Positions 39,062-51,539 of a DNA stretch of 64,000 nt are shown here, one piece after another. The first letter of the stretch is position 1, and every line of letters begins with the position of its first letter. The DNA lies in assembly GCF_006345805.1 (NCBI RefSeq), contig NC_043015.1:15066001-15130000 (forward strand), in the 5' to 3' direction. This DNA comes from Octopus sinensis. Lineage: Eukaryota. The position numbers and the translations under genes were made by a program. The notes beneath the pieces are model-generated. The model was not told where the DNA came from, did not search any database, and saw only the letters and a list, made by a program, of their open reading frames with translations.

Positions 39062-41814
39062 GTATACATTTGTATATATAATACATACACACACACACTC
39101 ATATATATATATGTGTGCATTATGTGGTTGGTTGAGCTGAAAATATGCACACCTATGTCAAAAGTGCTGGCGAGTTTGCATGGCAACTATTTTTTCCCTC
39201 AAATGAAAGGCATGACCTCTAGGACAAAATTCCTCATCTTATAAAATGTGGCCCGAGTAAACCCGAATGAAATCGGGTTATATTAACCAAAATGTGAAAA
39301 GGGGCCTAAATGGGGCTGAGTGGGTGTTTAGGAATTCTCTGTTACATGAAGCTAAAAAATTTGCGCTAGCCTTTTAATCGTCAATGTGTTGCCGTCCATG
39401 ATGAAGAAGTTTTGAATGCTTGCCATGGTGAGTCTACTGTCGTGAGAAAGAATCACTTCAAAACTTGGTGTTTAGGAATTTTCTTTTACATCAAGTTCAA
39501 AATTTTACGCCAGCCGTTAAACTGTCAATACGTTGCTGTCCGTCGTTAAGAAATGCCAGCCATGGTGACTCTACTATCCTAAGATTCTATCCCTTCAAAC
39601 TTTGGTTTCCAATATTATTTTATTTTTATTCAGCTTGCAAGTTCGTCTGTCCCTTTTAAATGTTAGTGTTTTGCTGTCTGCCTTGAAGCAGACCTTTCCG
39701 TTGTCACTGCCTGATATTTATGATTGATTGATTTTGATTTTGATTTTTCCAGTTTCAGCTAATGAGCTGTGGCCATGCTGGGGCACCGCCATTTCTTTCT
39801 AAAAATTTTATTTCTCAACTTACTCAAGATCTTTTGTTGTTTATAAATGGGAGAGAGATAGATAGAGAAAGATAGAGAGTAAGAGAAAGCGAGGAAGAGT
39901 CCGAGAGAAAGGAAGAGTAAGAGAGTGGGAAAGTGGGAGAGAAAGGAGAGAGAAACAAAGAGGGAGAATGTGGTGATAAAAAGCAGGAAGGAAGCAACAG
40001 AAAGTAACAACCACACTCTTACCTGCGCATAGAGCGGGTCACCTTAAGCTACTTTCCAATATTCTGGAAAATTGTCTGGCCATGAGGAAATATTTCCTTG
40101 CTGGGAAGCAGGTGAGTGTTGGTGACAGCAAGGGCATCTGATTGTAGATAATCTGCCCTCAGTAAACTCCCTCCAACCCATGCAAGTAGGAAAAACTGGA
40201 CATTACAATGTATGTGTATTATCTTTTCTGTCTATCAATGAAAAAGAAAATGATGCTTTGTAAATAATGTCCTTTAAGATATTTGTTCTGTATTAAGTTA
40301 CAAACTTCCTTTGTCACTGTCACCATTAGAAAAGTAATGAGTCATTGATTTATTGGAAACCTCTAACCAAGACAATTGTTTACAAATTGCAATATATAAG
40401 GAAATAGAATATTTATGTCTTTGTGATATATAATGTTATTGTCTTGTCTAGGGTTACATCATACAACACAGCTTGTACAGTTTTTGTCCACGTTGTTAAC
40501 TCTATACCTCTGTGCAGGTATAAACTCCTTAAAGTTCCTCATTCATGTGTTGTCGTCCAAATATATACAATTTCTCTGAACTGGGATCTTGAAAACACCT
40601 TGAATTGGAGTATAATGTTATTGTCTTGGAGTTGTTAAATGAATCTTAGTCGCTATAATTATAGAGAAGACATGCAAATCATATTCCTACTTGTGATGAA
40701 CAATGCACTATTGAATCATATCATCAATCCCTTTTATTGTTTTTACTGGTTTTCACCTATGTACTTTGATTATGCAGGAGCACCACTTTCAAGGGTTTTA
40801 GTCTGCTTCACCTGGTACTCATTTTATCAACCTTAGAAGAGTACAAAAGACAAAGTCAATTGAGTTAAAGAGAAAGCAACTGTGATAGAATTTTCAAGCT
40901 TCTAGAAGTTTTGATTTATCTTGTAGCATTGTATGGATGAAGGATAGGCTCTAAAGCCAGCAGACACTAAGTGACTTAGTGTTTGAGATGATATGCTACA
41001 AGGGAGTGCTGCAGATTAGTTGAATGGATGGCCGGATCCTAGAAGAAATGGGAGGAGAAGAAAAAACTTGTAGCAACAGTCAGACAGTAAAAATTGCTAT
41101 ATTTGGCTCAGAACCTCTGGGCCCATATTCTCGGGCTGAATGGATGAAAAACAGACTTATGAGTAACAAAGACGTAAATGAAACAATTACATCAAGATGA
41201 CTGGGAGGACCCTAGTGAAGTGTACAGGTGAAGCACATGACTGCAATGTGTAGCAAGGAGTGGTGGTGGTTGAAGTACCTGACCCCTTAGCCATTGAAAT
41301 ATGCATACTCATCATCATTCTCATTTAGCACAATTCTTTTTTTGTCACTAAGTGTTAGCCATGTACATATAATCACATATTCTATAAATAATTCCCCATC
41401 TACCAAATTTAATTTACCATTCATCAACTGTAAGGAATGGTACAAGACAGTTATTGGCACTGGCTTTTAAGACAGTTGTCACAGTGGCAGTTAGTGTTTT
41501 GCTGGCTGCCTTGAAGCAGGCCTTTCGGTTGTCACTGCCTGATATTTATGATTGATCTTTCAAACTATTTTCTTTCTCAACTTACTCAAGATCTTTTGCT
41601 GTTTATAAATGGGATAGAGATAGATAGAGAAAGATAGAGAGTAAGAGAAAGCGAGGGAGAGTCCGAGAGAAAGGAAAAGTAAGAGAGTGGGAAAGTGGGA
41701 GAGAAAGGAGAGAGAAACAAAGAGGGAGAATGTAGTGATAAAAAGCAGAAAGGAAGCAACAGAAAGTAACAACCACACTCTTACCTGCGCATAGAGTGGG
41801 TCACCTTAAGCTAG
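38421..41814 (+). mobile_element. Composite non-autonomous Helitron with captured host sequence
   Basis: A|TCAATATCTATAAATC 5' end. Internal hairpin plus CTAC (mutated terminus) at 40021-40052. Second hairpin plus CTAG|T at 41783-41815. 40053-41492 is reverse-complementary to tetraspanin intron 1 sequence at 26340-28536. Confidence 0.72.
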
Positions 41815-41857
41815 TATATATATATATATGTATATTTGTGTGTATATATATATATAT

Positions 41858-41904
<47 letters not shown>

Positions 41905-42169
41905 TAAATCCCCTCGAAAAAACGAAGAACAAATACAAAAAACAACAACGTGAGGACGTAGTACATGTAAAGTATTAGCTGATGCTCAGGGAAGGAAAGA
42001 AAGGTGTCTTCAGAAGAGAGGAAAGTCCAAAAGTAAAGAAAGACAGAGGAAAAAAAATCACCAATGATTCACATGTGGTTACATTTTTACATATATGTAT
42101 ATGTATACACACACATACACACACACACACATACACACACACACACATATATGTGTGTATATATATATA

Positions 42170-43053
42170 TGAGGTGGTGTCAAGGTTCCTAGACTAATTA
42201 TGCTTAATAAAAAATAAGTTATTTAGCTAAGTTTTAACATCATCACCTTCGAAATAGCCACCTTGTACAGAAATACAGTGTCCCTGTCTCTTTTGGAATC
42301 CGGCCTAGAGTTGTTTCCCTTTTGCATGTTGAGGACCTTCTGTAATTCGCTCTTTATCTTGACAATGGTATTAAAACGGCGACCTTTGAGCTGCATCTTC
42401 ATCTTGGGGAAGAGATGGAAGTCTGCAGGTGCTAATTCTGGTGAATAAGGTGGATGCAGAAGTGATACAGTGTTGTTTTTGTAAGAAAGAGAAGAGCTCA
42501 GTGATAGGGTGCATTGTCGTCATGAAAAATTCAGTCTGCACTCCACTGATTCAGTTGCTTTCAGTGAATCTCCTCCCTCAAACCCTTCAAAACATCATTG
42601 ATTGTCCTCCAACAATCTTCATGCACAAGCTAATAAATTTTCTCCACGTTTCCAGGAGTGACACTCATGGCAGGTCTTCCAGATCGCTCATTGTCTTCCA
42701 GGGACATTCTTCCACTTCCGAAGTGCCCGTACCACTCGAAACAGTGCGTATGATCCATTACATAATCACTGTAAGCTTGACGAAGCATGCTCAGTACAAA
42801 CTTCCCAAGTTTAATGCAAAACTTCACATTGGCTCTTTGTTTCCAACTTGCTGACCATGACAAAAAATCACAGACTGCAGCATCCATGTCATTACAAAAA
42901 CACAAATTTCACAGCTTTCAAAGTAGACACAGTGATATCACTCTCCACACTATCTCTTGAAAGTCACTGCTAGCTCTTACTGTGCACACAACTGTGTGCT
43001 GCCATCTGTGGGTGCACTACAGAACTAGTCTGGGAATTTTTGATACCACCTCA
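42170..43053 (-). mobile_element. Second internally deleted mariner of the same family
   Basis: TA|TGAGGTGGTGTCAA...TTGATACCACCTCA|TA. ORF 42630-42905 gives QRANVKFCIKLGK...LRQAY...FEWY..F.SGRMSLEDNERSGRP. Confidence 0.9.
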
Positions 43054-43663
43054 TACACACACACATATATAGGTAAAAACTTCATAATGTGCATTTAAGA
43101 GCTCCTATGTTGTTATTTGGCTACTACATGTTATGTTACAGTGGGGTATATTCCAGGGATGGATACATATGTAGAACTCCTCTTTGCATAAGATAATACT
43201 AGAATAATATAACACGAGGATGGAGGATATCTGGCTTTCATAGTAGATCACAGCATTTGTTTCAACACTGAACACCAGATTTGAGTCACTGAGTTTACAT
43301 TTATATATCATTATATAAGATTATTCTTTAGAATTACTATATAATTAAATATTTTTCAGAAAGCTGTGTGTGGGTGTTTCCTCAGGAGGAATCCGATCAA
43401 GCACAGTCGGATTTTTTTGCATTTCCTCAGAAATACCACATCCATCATTCTCCACCAATCAGTTTATTAGATTCCAACAACTCATATTGTTATGGTGATA
43501 CAACAAAAATAATTACAAATGTAATATTAAAACAATAATACCAACAACAATAACAATATCAGAATAAAGGTAGCCTAAATTGCACTTGCAATGATTATGA
43601 TAATAACAAAACTAAAATGTATTTAAGTGATAGTGATAATGGAATAGAAATAAAAATAAAATA

Positions 43664-43791
43664 GCTAGAAAAGCACTCGGAGAGGGCAGACCTCTGCCAA
43701 GCAGCTCATTTCCACCCATATACATGCATGCTGAAAATCGCCCAATTTCCCAAACCAACGCTGGCAAAAACATAACCTCCTTGGCAGGGTT
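43664..43791 (+). mobile_element. Short Helentron-associated (HINE-like) element; a longer relative lies at ~44410-44624
   Basis: ctagaaaagcactcggagag..cctctgccaag ... aaaacataacctccttggcagggt (subterminal inverted repeat). Second copy ends aaaacataacctctttctttagtggaggtaat. Confidence 0.5.
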
Positions 43792-43925
43792 AAAAAAAAA
43801 ATAACACAGCCATATGATTTTAAAAAAAGACCCTTTAAAAACAGGAATCATCTGAAGCAGTTATAATACATCATTGACAACAGCAAGCTAGTTTCACCAT
43901 ACAAATAAAAAGAAACAACAATTAC

Positions 43926-44200
43926 CTAAAACTTAAGCAATACACACACTACATCATGGTTGGAAAAGTAACAGTCAGTTATGGTGACTTGTGGATGCCG
44001 ATCCTGGTTCACGTAAATATGATCTAGCAGGCTTCCATAGTCGGTGTTGGATTTTGGGACTAGTTGGTTGAACCCAAACTGGTTCATACTTGTCAAGATC
44101 TCATGGCTAGGGGAATCAATGAGATCCACGTTGAAATCACCAAGGACGATGGTCAGATGATTCCTTGGTAAAGATAAAAGGGGTAGCTGTCTACTTACGA
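43926..44200 (-). pseudogene. C-terminal AP-endonuclease (EEP) fragment, Helentron-type
   Basis: TIVLGDFNVD...FNQLV..SNTDYGSLLDHIYVN....TDCYFSNHDVV, then a stop six codons later. Confidence 0.65.
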
Positions 44201-44899
44201 AACTAAACCTACCTACCTACTTTACATCCCTCTTTGGTCAGTATAGTATCAATCATCTCTCAAGAGTCCATAGATACGCGAGTAAAATTACTAATAGAGA
44301 AACAAAAATAAAACTTTGGAAACAGCAACACCACCATAGGTTACGTGGAAACGATGAACGTGTTTTCAAGGGATATAATCAAAGAACGTAACATTGTAAT
44401 ACTTCATGTAAAGTAAATATAACAAAGGAAAAATCCTCCAAGAATCAATAAAAATTCCCAGATCACTACCAAAATTCCATCATCTGTTCCTTGTGTCATT
44501 ACTAACATTTCCTGCAAGTTTCATCAAATACCGTTCACAACTTTTTGAGTTATTTTGCACACAGATGGACAGACAAACAAACCAATGCCGATGAAAACAT
44601 AACCTCTTTCTTTAGTGGAGGTAATAAAATAAACCTGAAGATGGCTTTTATCAAGTAGTAGATGAAGTATGTCAATGGGTTAAAATATAATAAATAAATA
44701 AATTTACAAGGAATTGTTTTAACTGCTATGCTATCTGTTTACAATCCTAACCATCTCTTTTGAATTATCTATTATAAGAATGAAAATAGAGGTAACCAGG
44801 TTACGAAAATGAAACTAGAAAATGCATCTTCAGAGACAAAAATGCATGTCCTCTGGAGAATTACTATTTAAGAAAGAATATTGTACATAAATGTAAAGT

Positions 44900-45210
44900 G
44901 GAAATAAGTGTGCATACATATGCATATGTAGGTGCAATGAACAACACCTTCACAAGCTGCTTTAGAAACCGCATTGCATCATTTTCTTATAGGTTCAAGA
45001 GTCATTTCACCTCACTCACAGACCTTGTGTGGAAACTTAAAAGGAAAGGGATAGGTTACACAACAGCATATTTGGTATTATGAAATGCAAAACCATATTA
45101 TGTACAGTCAAGAGTGTGCAACTTATGCCTGGAGGAAACTCTAAAGAATTTTATGTAAGGACAAATTAATTAATAAACATTCTGAAGTTATACTTATTAA
45201 AAGTTCTTTG
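44900..45210 (+). mobile_element. Penelope-like element GIY-YIG endonuclease remnant
   Basis: YAYVG...TF..FRNRIASF...TSLTDLVWKLK...AKPY...CNLCLEE...LINKHSE matches the PLE C-terminal EN/CCHH pattern; contains stops. Confidence 0.7.
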
Positions 45211-48200
45211 AAAAAAATAATATAAGGAATTCCAGATGACATTGATTAAAATGATATAACAGTAACTAGAGCGTCAAAGTGGTATATTAATCAGGGATAG
45301 TCATATATTATCAAATATAAAGTATAGTTATGGAAAGTATAAATCTAGAATGCAGAAAAATCACGTAGCACACATAAGGACACAGATGATTCAATATCTT
45401 ATAATATAAATATGTAATGTAAGTTAAACCTGATATATCTTGATAGCAGATCAAATTTATCATTTGAATGTGAAATGAAAAGATCACAAAAATAGGCAAA
45501 TGCAAGATAGAATCATGTGACAACAATAATCCAAAGAAAAATTTAGGATTTTGCTAGAAAGTGCAGCTAAAATAAGATAGAATATTCTTTTGTAGTAGAT
45601 TAAATAAATGCACACAATATAGAATCTAACATTGAAGGAAAGGAAGACTGGACATTGCTTAGTTGTTGTGAAGACATAAAGGTAAAATGTGAGTTAAGTG
45701 TATTTAAAAAGCAAAAGCAGTAAATAGATATATATATAAAATATGGGAAAGAAAATACGTCAGTAATCTAGTAAAGAAAGGCCAGTGGAGATTATAGAGG
45801 TCACTTGAAGACAAACAGTGGAGAGAGAATAAAGGTAATAAATAACTCAAAAGAAATGGCTAGGATCATAAAAAGATAGCACAGCATTAAAACAACCCCA
45901 GGTAAATTTATTTATTTATTTTATTTAACCCATTGACACACTTCACCACTTAGTAGCATTTTATTTTCTATTTTTATTTTATTTTCACTATCACTTTAAA
46001 TACATTTGGTTTTGTTATTATTATGCCTTTAGTAGAAAGGATTATTATTATTATCACTATAAGTACAATTAAGGTCACCTTTATTCTGTTATTGTCATTG
46101 TTGTTGGTACTAGTATTGCAATGTTGCTTTCATTTTTGCTTTTGTATCACTACAACAATGTGTCACCCAGAGCTAATAAACTGATTAGTGGGGATTAACA
46201 GACATGCTTTACCTGAGAAAATGCATCAAAATCTGATAGTATTCAATCAAATTCCACATGAGGAAGCACCCACGCACAGCTGTTGCTGAAAAATATTTAA
46301 TTATATAGTTATTCTAAAAAATAGTCTTATATAAAGATATATGATATATAAATGTAACTTACAGCTGGTGTCTGGTGTGGAAACAAATGTGATTTGCTAT
46401 TAGAACCTGGTATTTTCCATCCTCATGTTATATTATTCCGATATATATATATTTAAGAAAATGAGAGGACAAACAGATAAACAATTATCTTGTGAACTTC
46501 TTACAGTTGTTTCTGCTATAAGATATTGTGAGTCATAGTTGAGTTCCTGAGTAGCACCTTATAGCTCCATCAGAGCTTCAAATATGAAGTGTTATTTATT
46601 TGAGAAAAACAATTACACTCATACTTGGTACTATGGATTAAAAATGGGAACATTGGTCCAATGAAGCTGATTGTCCATAGGTACCAACGCTAAGGTTAGG
46701 TTACATTAGGTGTGGCTAATATCAACAATTACATTACAAAAGACAGAGGAATAAATACAGTACTGTACTTTTAATCAATCACACTATCCAATTTAACAGT
46801 GTAAAGTACCTGTATGCTGTAAATATATACTATAATTCAACATTTTTAATTTAAAATCAAACTTACCAAGGATAGTGAAGAGGTGTTGTTGATATGCTTT
46901 GATTTTGTCTGCTGCTTCCAAAAGTCATTAAAGTGAGGTTCGTAGTACTGAGGTATGAGTGTATATTTATGCATATATACAAGAAAGCATTGCCAATGAG
47001 AAAACATGTATGTAGGTAATGAAATTTGGAAGCTCCTCCCATAATTAGAATAAGATTAATGTTAAAGTACATATAAGGATAGGTATAGTCAGATGTTGGG
47101 AAACAGAAACTAAATCTATCAGAAAAATATATGTATATGTATACATACAAAAAAGATATACCAATAGAGACACACATACATCAGCATGCATGTATATACA
47201 CATGGACATGGATGCAAACAGACATATACAGTCTACTGGCTGCGATTTTTGCTTTTGTTAATATGTTGTCTACTCCTTTATTGATCTTCAAAATAGACAA
47301 AATATCAACACCCAGATAACTGAACTGGTGGAGACTCTTCAATTCTGTCTCACTGATGGGGATGTAAGGTGGGTGTAATCTTCCTGGGGTAGGGAAATAA
47401 CAACTTCTGCCCTATCCCTGGCAAACATTAACACACCAAATATGCTTGATCTGTTCCTCACCTCTAAACTCAACCTTTATCCAACCATCACCATCTCTGT
47501 ACCCAGCAGATCATTCTGTCACCACCTGAGATAACATGCTAAGTCAGTACACTTGCTGGAACCCTACCAGTTCTAAACTGATAATTCTGACACAAATACA
47601 TTTCACCTCTGACCTATTTGAGGCAATAAGCAATGACTGACATCCTTCTTGACATGGCTACTTACTTCCCACATTCAAGCACAAAACCCTAAAGTGGCTT
47701 ATAGATAAGGAACAATGTCTAAAAAAAAAAGCCTCACAACATCACACCTGAAACTAATAAAAAAATTTGTGCCCCTTTACACTTGCATTCAGGTTGACTG
47801 CTTTCTTACTCTTCTTGCTATGCTACTGTTTCCACAATCCCCTTCATCATCAGCTTCAATCTTTCATTTTCTTTAGTAAAATAAATTTTATGGAGTCCTA
47901 TCTATTGGAGATTTTTATGTGTCACTTCCCAATGGACTCCTACCATTGAGAATGTAAGTAAAAAAACAAAAAGCAGAAAAATATTGTTACACTTGACTTC
48001 AACAAAGCCTCTCTTTGACTCTGAAAGGATGAAAGGCAAAGATGACCTCAGAGGAATTTGAACTCAGAACACAAAACACAAAATGTTGCTAAACATTTTG
48101 CCCAACGTGCTAATGACAAAGAAAAAAAAAATTGTTCAGTAACATTTTGTCTTTACATTCTAAATTCAAATTCTGCTGAAGTCAACTTTGCCTTGATAAA

Positions 48201-49346
48201 AGTAATAAAGTTCAATTGTTAGTTTGCTATGAGGAGGGAAAAATCCAACAACTTGGTCACAGATCCTTTGGAGGAATGTGTATGTTGCCATCAACACCAG
48301 TTGGGAAAGTAAAAGAGATAAGAAAGTCTGATATGGCAAGAGAGAACTGTAGGGGAAAAGACAGTGTGAGTGGGGTGAGAAAATGGTGTGAGGAAGTAAA
48401 ATGAAGAGGAAAGGTGATGAAAGTTAGCAGCAAGAAGCTAATCAGTTGAAAAGGGAGGGGATGGGACAATGAGGTCAAGAAAATTATTAGATTTTAGGAG
48501 AGATGAAAGGGGATGAAATAATGGTTTCATTATTGGCAGAAGGTCTGCAATTTTAGGGAAGGGAGTAAGTTGATTCCACCAATTCCAGTGCTTAACAGTT
48601 ATCTTGTTTTATCAACCATGAAATGATGAAAAATAAAGTAGACCTAATCAAAATTTGAGCTGAGAATGTAAAGAGACAGAAGAAATGCCTCTAAGCATTT
48701 TCGTGCTAATGATTATACTAGTTCACTGCCTTAAAGAGTGAAATAAGTAAAGACAAATGGTGTTCATGGATTTGTAGCCAAGGTGACGGGTAATATACAT
48801 AAACAAATGCACACATATGTAAGAAACCATTTCTTGGATTGTTAACCAAGAATTGAAACCTTAGCCTAGATTTTCCTACAAGATTCCTCATGTTGGGGTC
48901 ACCAAATGTAACAAGTTATGTTACCATTAAATTACTCAAATTCTGTAAGACAAAGTAATAATATTGCATACAGTTTTTTATTTGCATCAAGGGCCAGTAT
49001 ACAAGGCTATAATAGTAGTCTGCAGTTTAGAGGTATAAGCAAAAGAAAAAAAATGAACCTTATGCACCCTTAGATGTGTCAGTTAAACAAAAAGCTGCTT
49101 CCTAGAAAGTGAAAGACATACAACATGTAGAAGTAAAAAATACTGACTGTCGATGTTGTCTAAGGGTTCCTAGTTATACCTATTGGACAGGCTTAACATA
49201 TGTCTGAGAATCAAGGAAAGTATATGTCTTATCTATGATAACCTCTAAATGACTGAAAATTCTAACTCAAACAAAGGAACCAAGATAAGTTTGACAGATG
49301 TCCTCATACATTTCCAAGTACTAATGCCAAAAACAAAGGAAAGGAT

Positions 49347-49629
49347 CAATTGCAGCATGGAAGGTGTTTATAAGCCATTTAAAAATGCATAAAAACCATT
49401 AGGCTCACATCAACTTTTAGATTTAATTTGCCAAAATATTTTCATCGCTTTGAGACCGTGACCTGTTCACTGAACAGGTCGTGGCTCAAAGCAATGAAAA
49501 TATTTTGGCAAATTAAATTTAATGGCTTTTGTTAAACCGTTAAATGGCTTATAAGCACCTTCCATGCTGCAATTGTTTTTGTTTCAGTACAAGATCTCAG
49601 ATCAAGTAACTTGCTATGCAAGTACATCT
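49347..49629. mobile_element. Second copy of the palindromic element, loop deleted
   Basis: Centre gacctgttcactgaacaggtc; same tail atctcagatcaagtaacttgctatgcaagta. Confidence 0.8.
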
Positions 49630-49994
49630 CCGTAAAAAGGAAAAGATCTTGTGGGAAAATTTAGACTAGAGTTTCAATTCTTGATTAACAGTTCAAAAAA
49701 CGATTTCTTACTCCTATATCCTCATTGTCATCAAACAAGTTTTTGTTTTCTCTCTCCAACTAAATGGGAGATTTCAACAAATTGACAATTTTTTCACATA
49801 CATTATAATGTCTAAGATCCTCAACTTATTTGTCTAAATCCATGCCTTTAGTGCACTTCAGTTATTTATCCTCATTTTATTTATTTATTAATTTCTTTTT
49901 AATTATGAAATACAAAATACAGCAAACCAATAGCATCTGTACATGGCCAGGTATTGCTTTGATAGAGGACTTTTAATCTATCCAGACTCTGCAA

Positions 49995-50445
49995 ATATTG
50001 CTTTCAAATTTTGGCACAAGGCCAGCAAGTTTGAGAGATGGGAAGAGTCAATGATATCAACCCCAATGCTCGACTGGTACTTATTTTATTGATTCTGAAA
50101 GGATGAAAGGCAGAGTTAGCCTTGGCAGAATTTGAACTTAGAACATAATGACAGATGAAATGCCACTAAGCACTTTGCTTGGCATGCTAACAATTCTGCC
50201 AGCTCACCCACCTTAGACTCAGCAATTACTGGTTTCAAATTTTGCCAGAAGATCAGTAATTTTGGGGGATGGGGTAAGTCATTTACATCGACCTCATTGT
50301 TCAACTAGCACTTATTTTATCGACCCTGAAAGGCTGAAAGGCAAAGTTGACCTCAGCAGAATTTAAACTCAGAAAATAAGGATGGACAGAATGCTGCTAA
50401 GCATTTAACCCGGCCTGCTAATGATTCTGCCAGTTCACTGCCTTA
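49995..50445 (-). mobile_element. Head-to-tail tandem pair of second-family SINEs (49995-50215, 50235-50445)
   Basis: Two consecutive ~215-bp copies with shared gaaaggatgaaaggcaaag / ttctgccagctcac motifs. Confidence 0.8.
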
Positions 50446-51013
50446 GACTGATCTAATATTAGTCACAGACTGGCCAATATCACACGAATCTCTGTTGTTT
50501 ACATCATTCATGTGACCAAAGCTGCATGAGTCATGGAAATGGCAATCCTTGCCAGTATATGCACATGAAGCAATGCAACAGTCAGTCAACAACTTCAAGA
50601 TCACCTTGGTCTCATCACCACTGTTGCTACCACCATTATATTCTTAAATCTGATTTGGGTTTTACAGGTTTGTTGCACTTCCTTGTCATCTCACACAAAA
50701 TACAAGGAACATACCTAATCTCTGTCATTGTTTATATATTTCTTTTGTATAGTTTTTGCTGCTTGATGTCTTTTCATTCCTAACTTCATCATAGCATGGA
50801 CCAGGTGCTACTGGTTATGGCGGTGCTTGTAAATACTAAAGAGACCCCTCTACTTTGTATGAAATGATTCAGAGTTCCTGCTCTCCTAGACAAGTTGCCT
50901 TAAATGCAGCTTGGAGATTCCTCATTGTCTCTCAACTTCATAATTCAAATCATTGTGTAGTTTTCATTCGTGTAGCCCCAGTTACAAATTCATTGCAATT
51001 ATGCATACATTAT

Positions 51014-51539
51014 ATTACATGAAAAAATGCAAGCATGAAAAGTAATATTCTTAAGATTATAAACCTGGAAAAGTATAGGACAAGTTATTATTACACCTGG
51101 AAAAGTATAAGACAAGCTATTACTTCTAGTAAAGTAAAGAACAAGAAACATTTTACTTAAAATATTGCAGCAAAGAATGCCAGTTCTTCTAATTTATCAC
51201 TCTTTACAGTTTTTATCTTTTAAATTTGCTGTACAAAACTGTTCAGTTAATTTCTAAGTTTGTATAATTAGTCACTTTTTTTCTGTATTTAAGGTAATAT
51301 ATTAGTCAAATTCTACTCAAAATAAATATAGTGTTATTTGTAAACTATAATAAAGTAAGTTTTAATATTCAATTTTTAATTTTAGCTGCAATATTTTAAG
51401 TAAAAAGTTTCTTATTCTTTACTTTACTAGAAGTAATAGCTTGTTCTATATTTTTATAGGTGTAATAACTTGTCCTGTACTTTTCCAGGTTTATAATCTT
51501 AAGAATATTACTTTTCATGCTTGCATTTTCCCATGTAAT
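51014..51539. mobile_element. Fold-back MITE with ~160-bp imperfect inverted arms
   Basis: 51014-51172 is reverse-complementary to 51383-51539 apart from a few substitutions and indels. Confidence 0.8.

Noticed and set aside
46213-46285. Strong exon-like segment on - (TAVRGCFLMWNLIEYYQILMHFL)
   Set aside because: Lies inside a dispersed repeat with an inverted copy at 43200-43440.
47820-47860. CTGATGA...GAAA..TA on - strand; also CTGATGA at ~62164 and CTGAAGA at ~15498 and ~44635
   Set aside because: Stems I/II do not pair or GAAA is missing; not called hammerheads.
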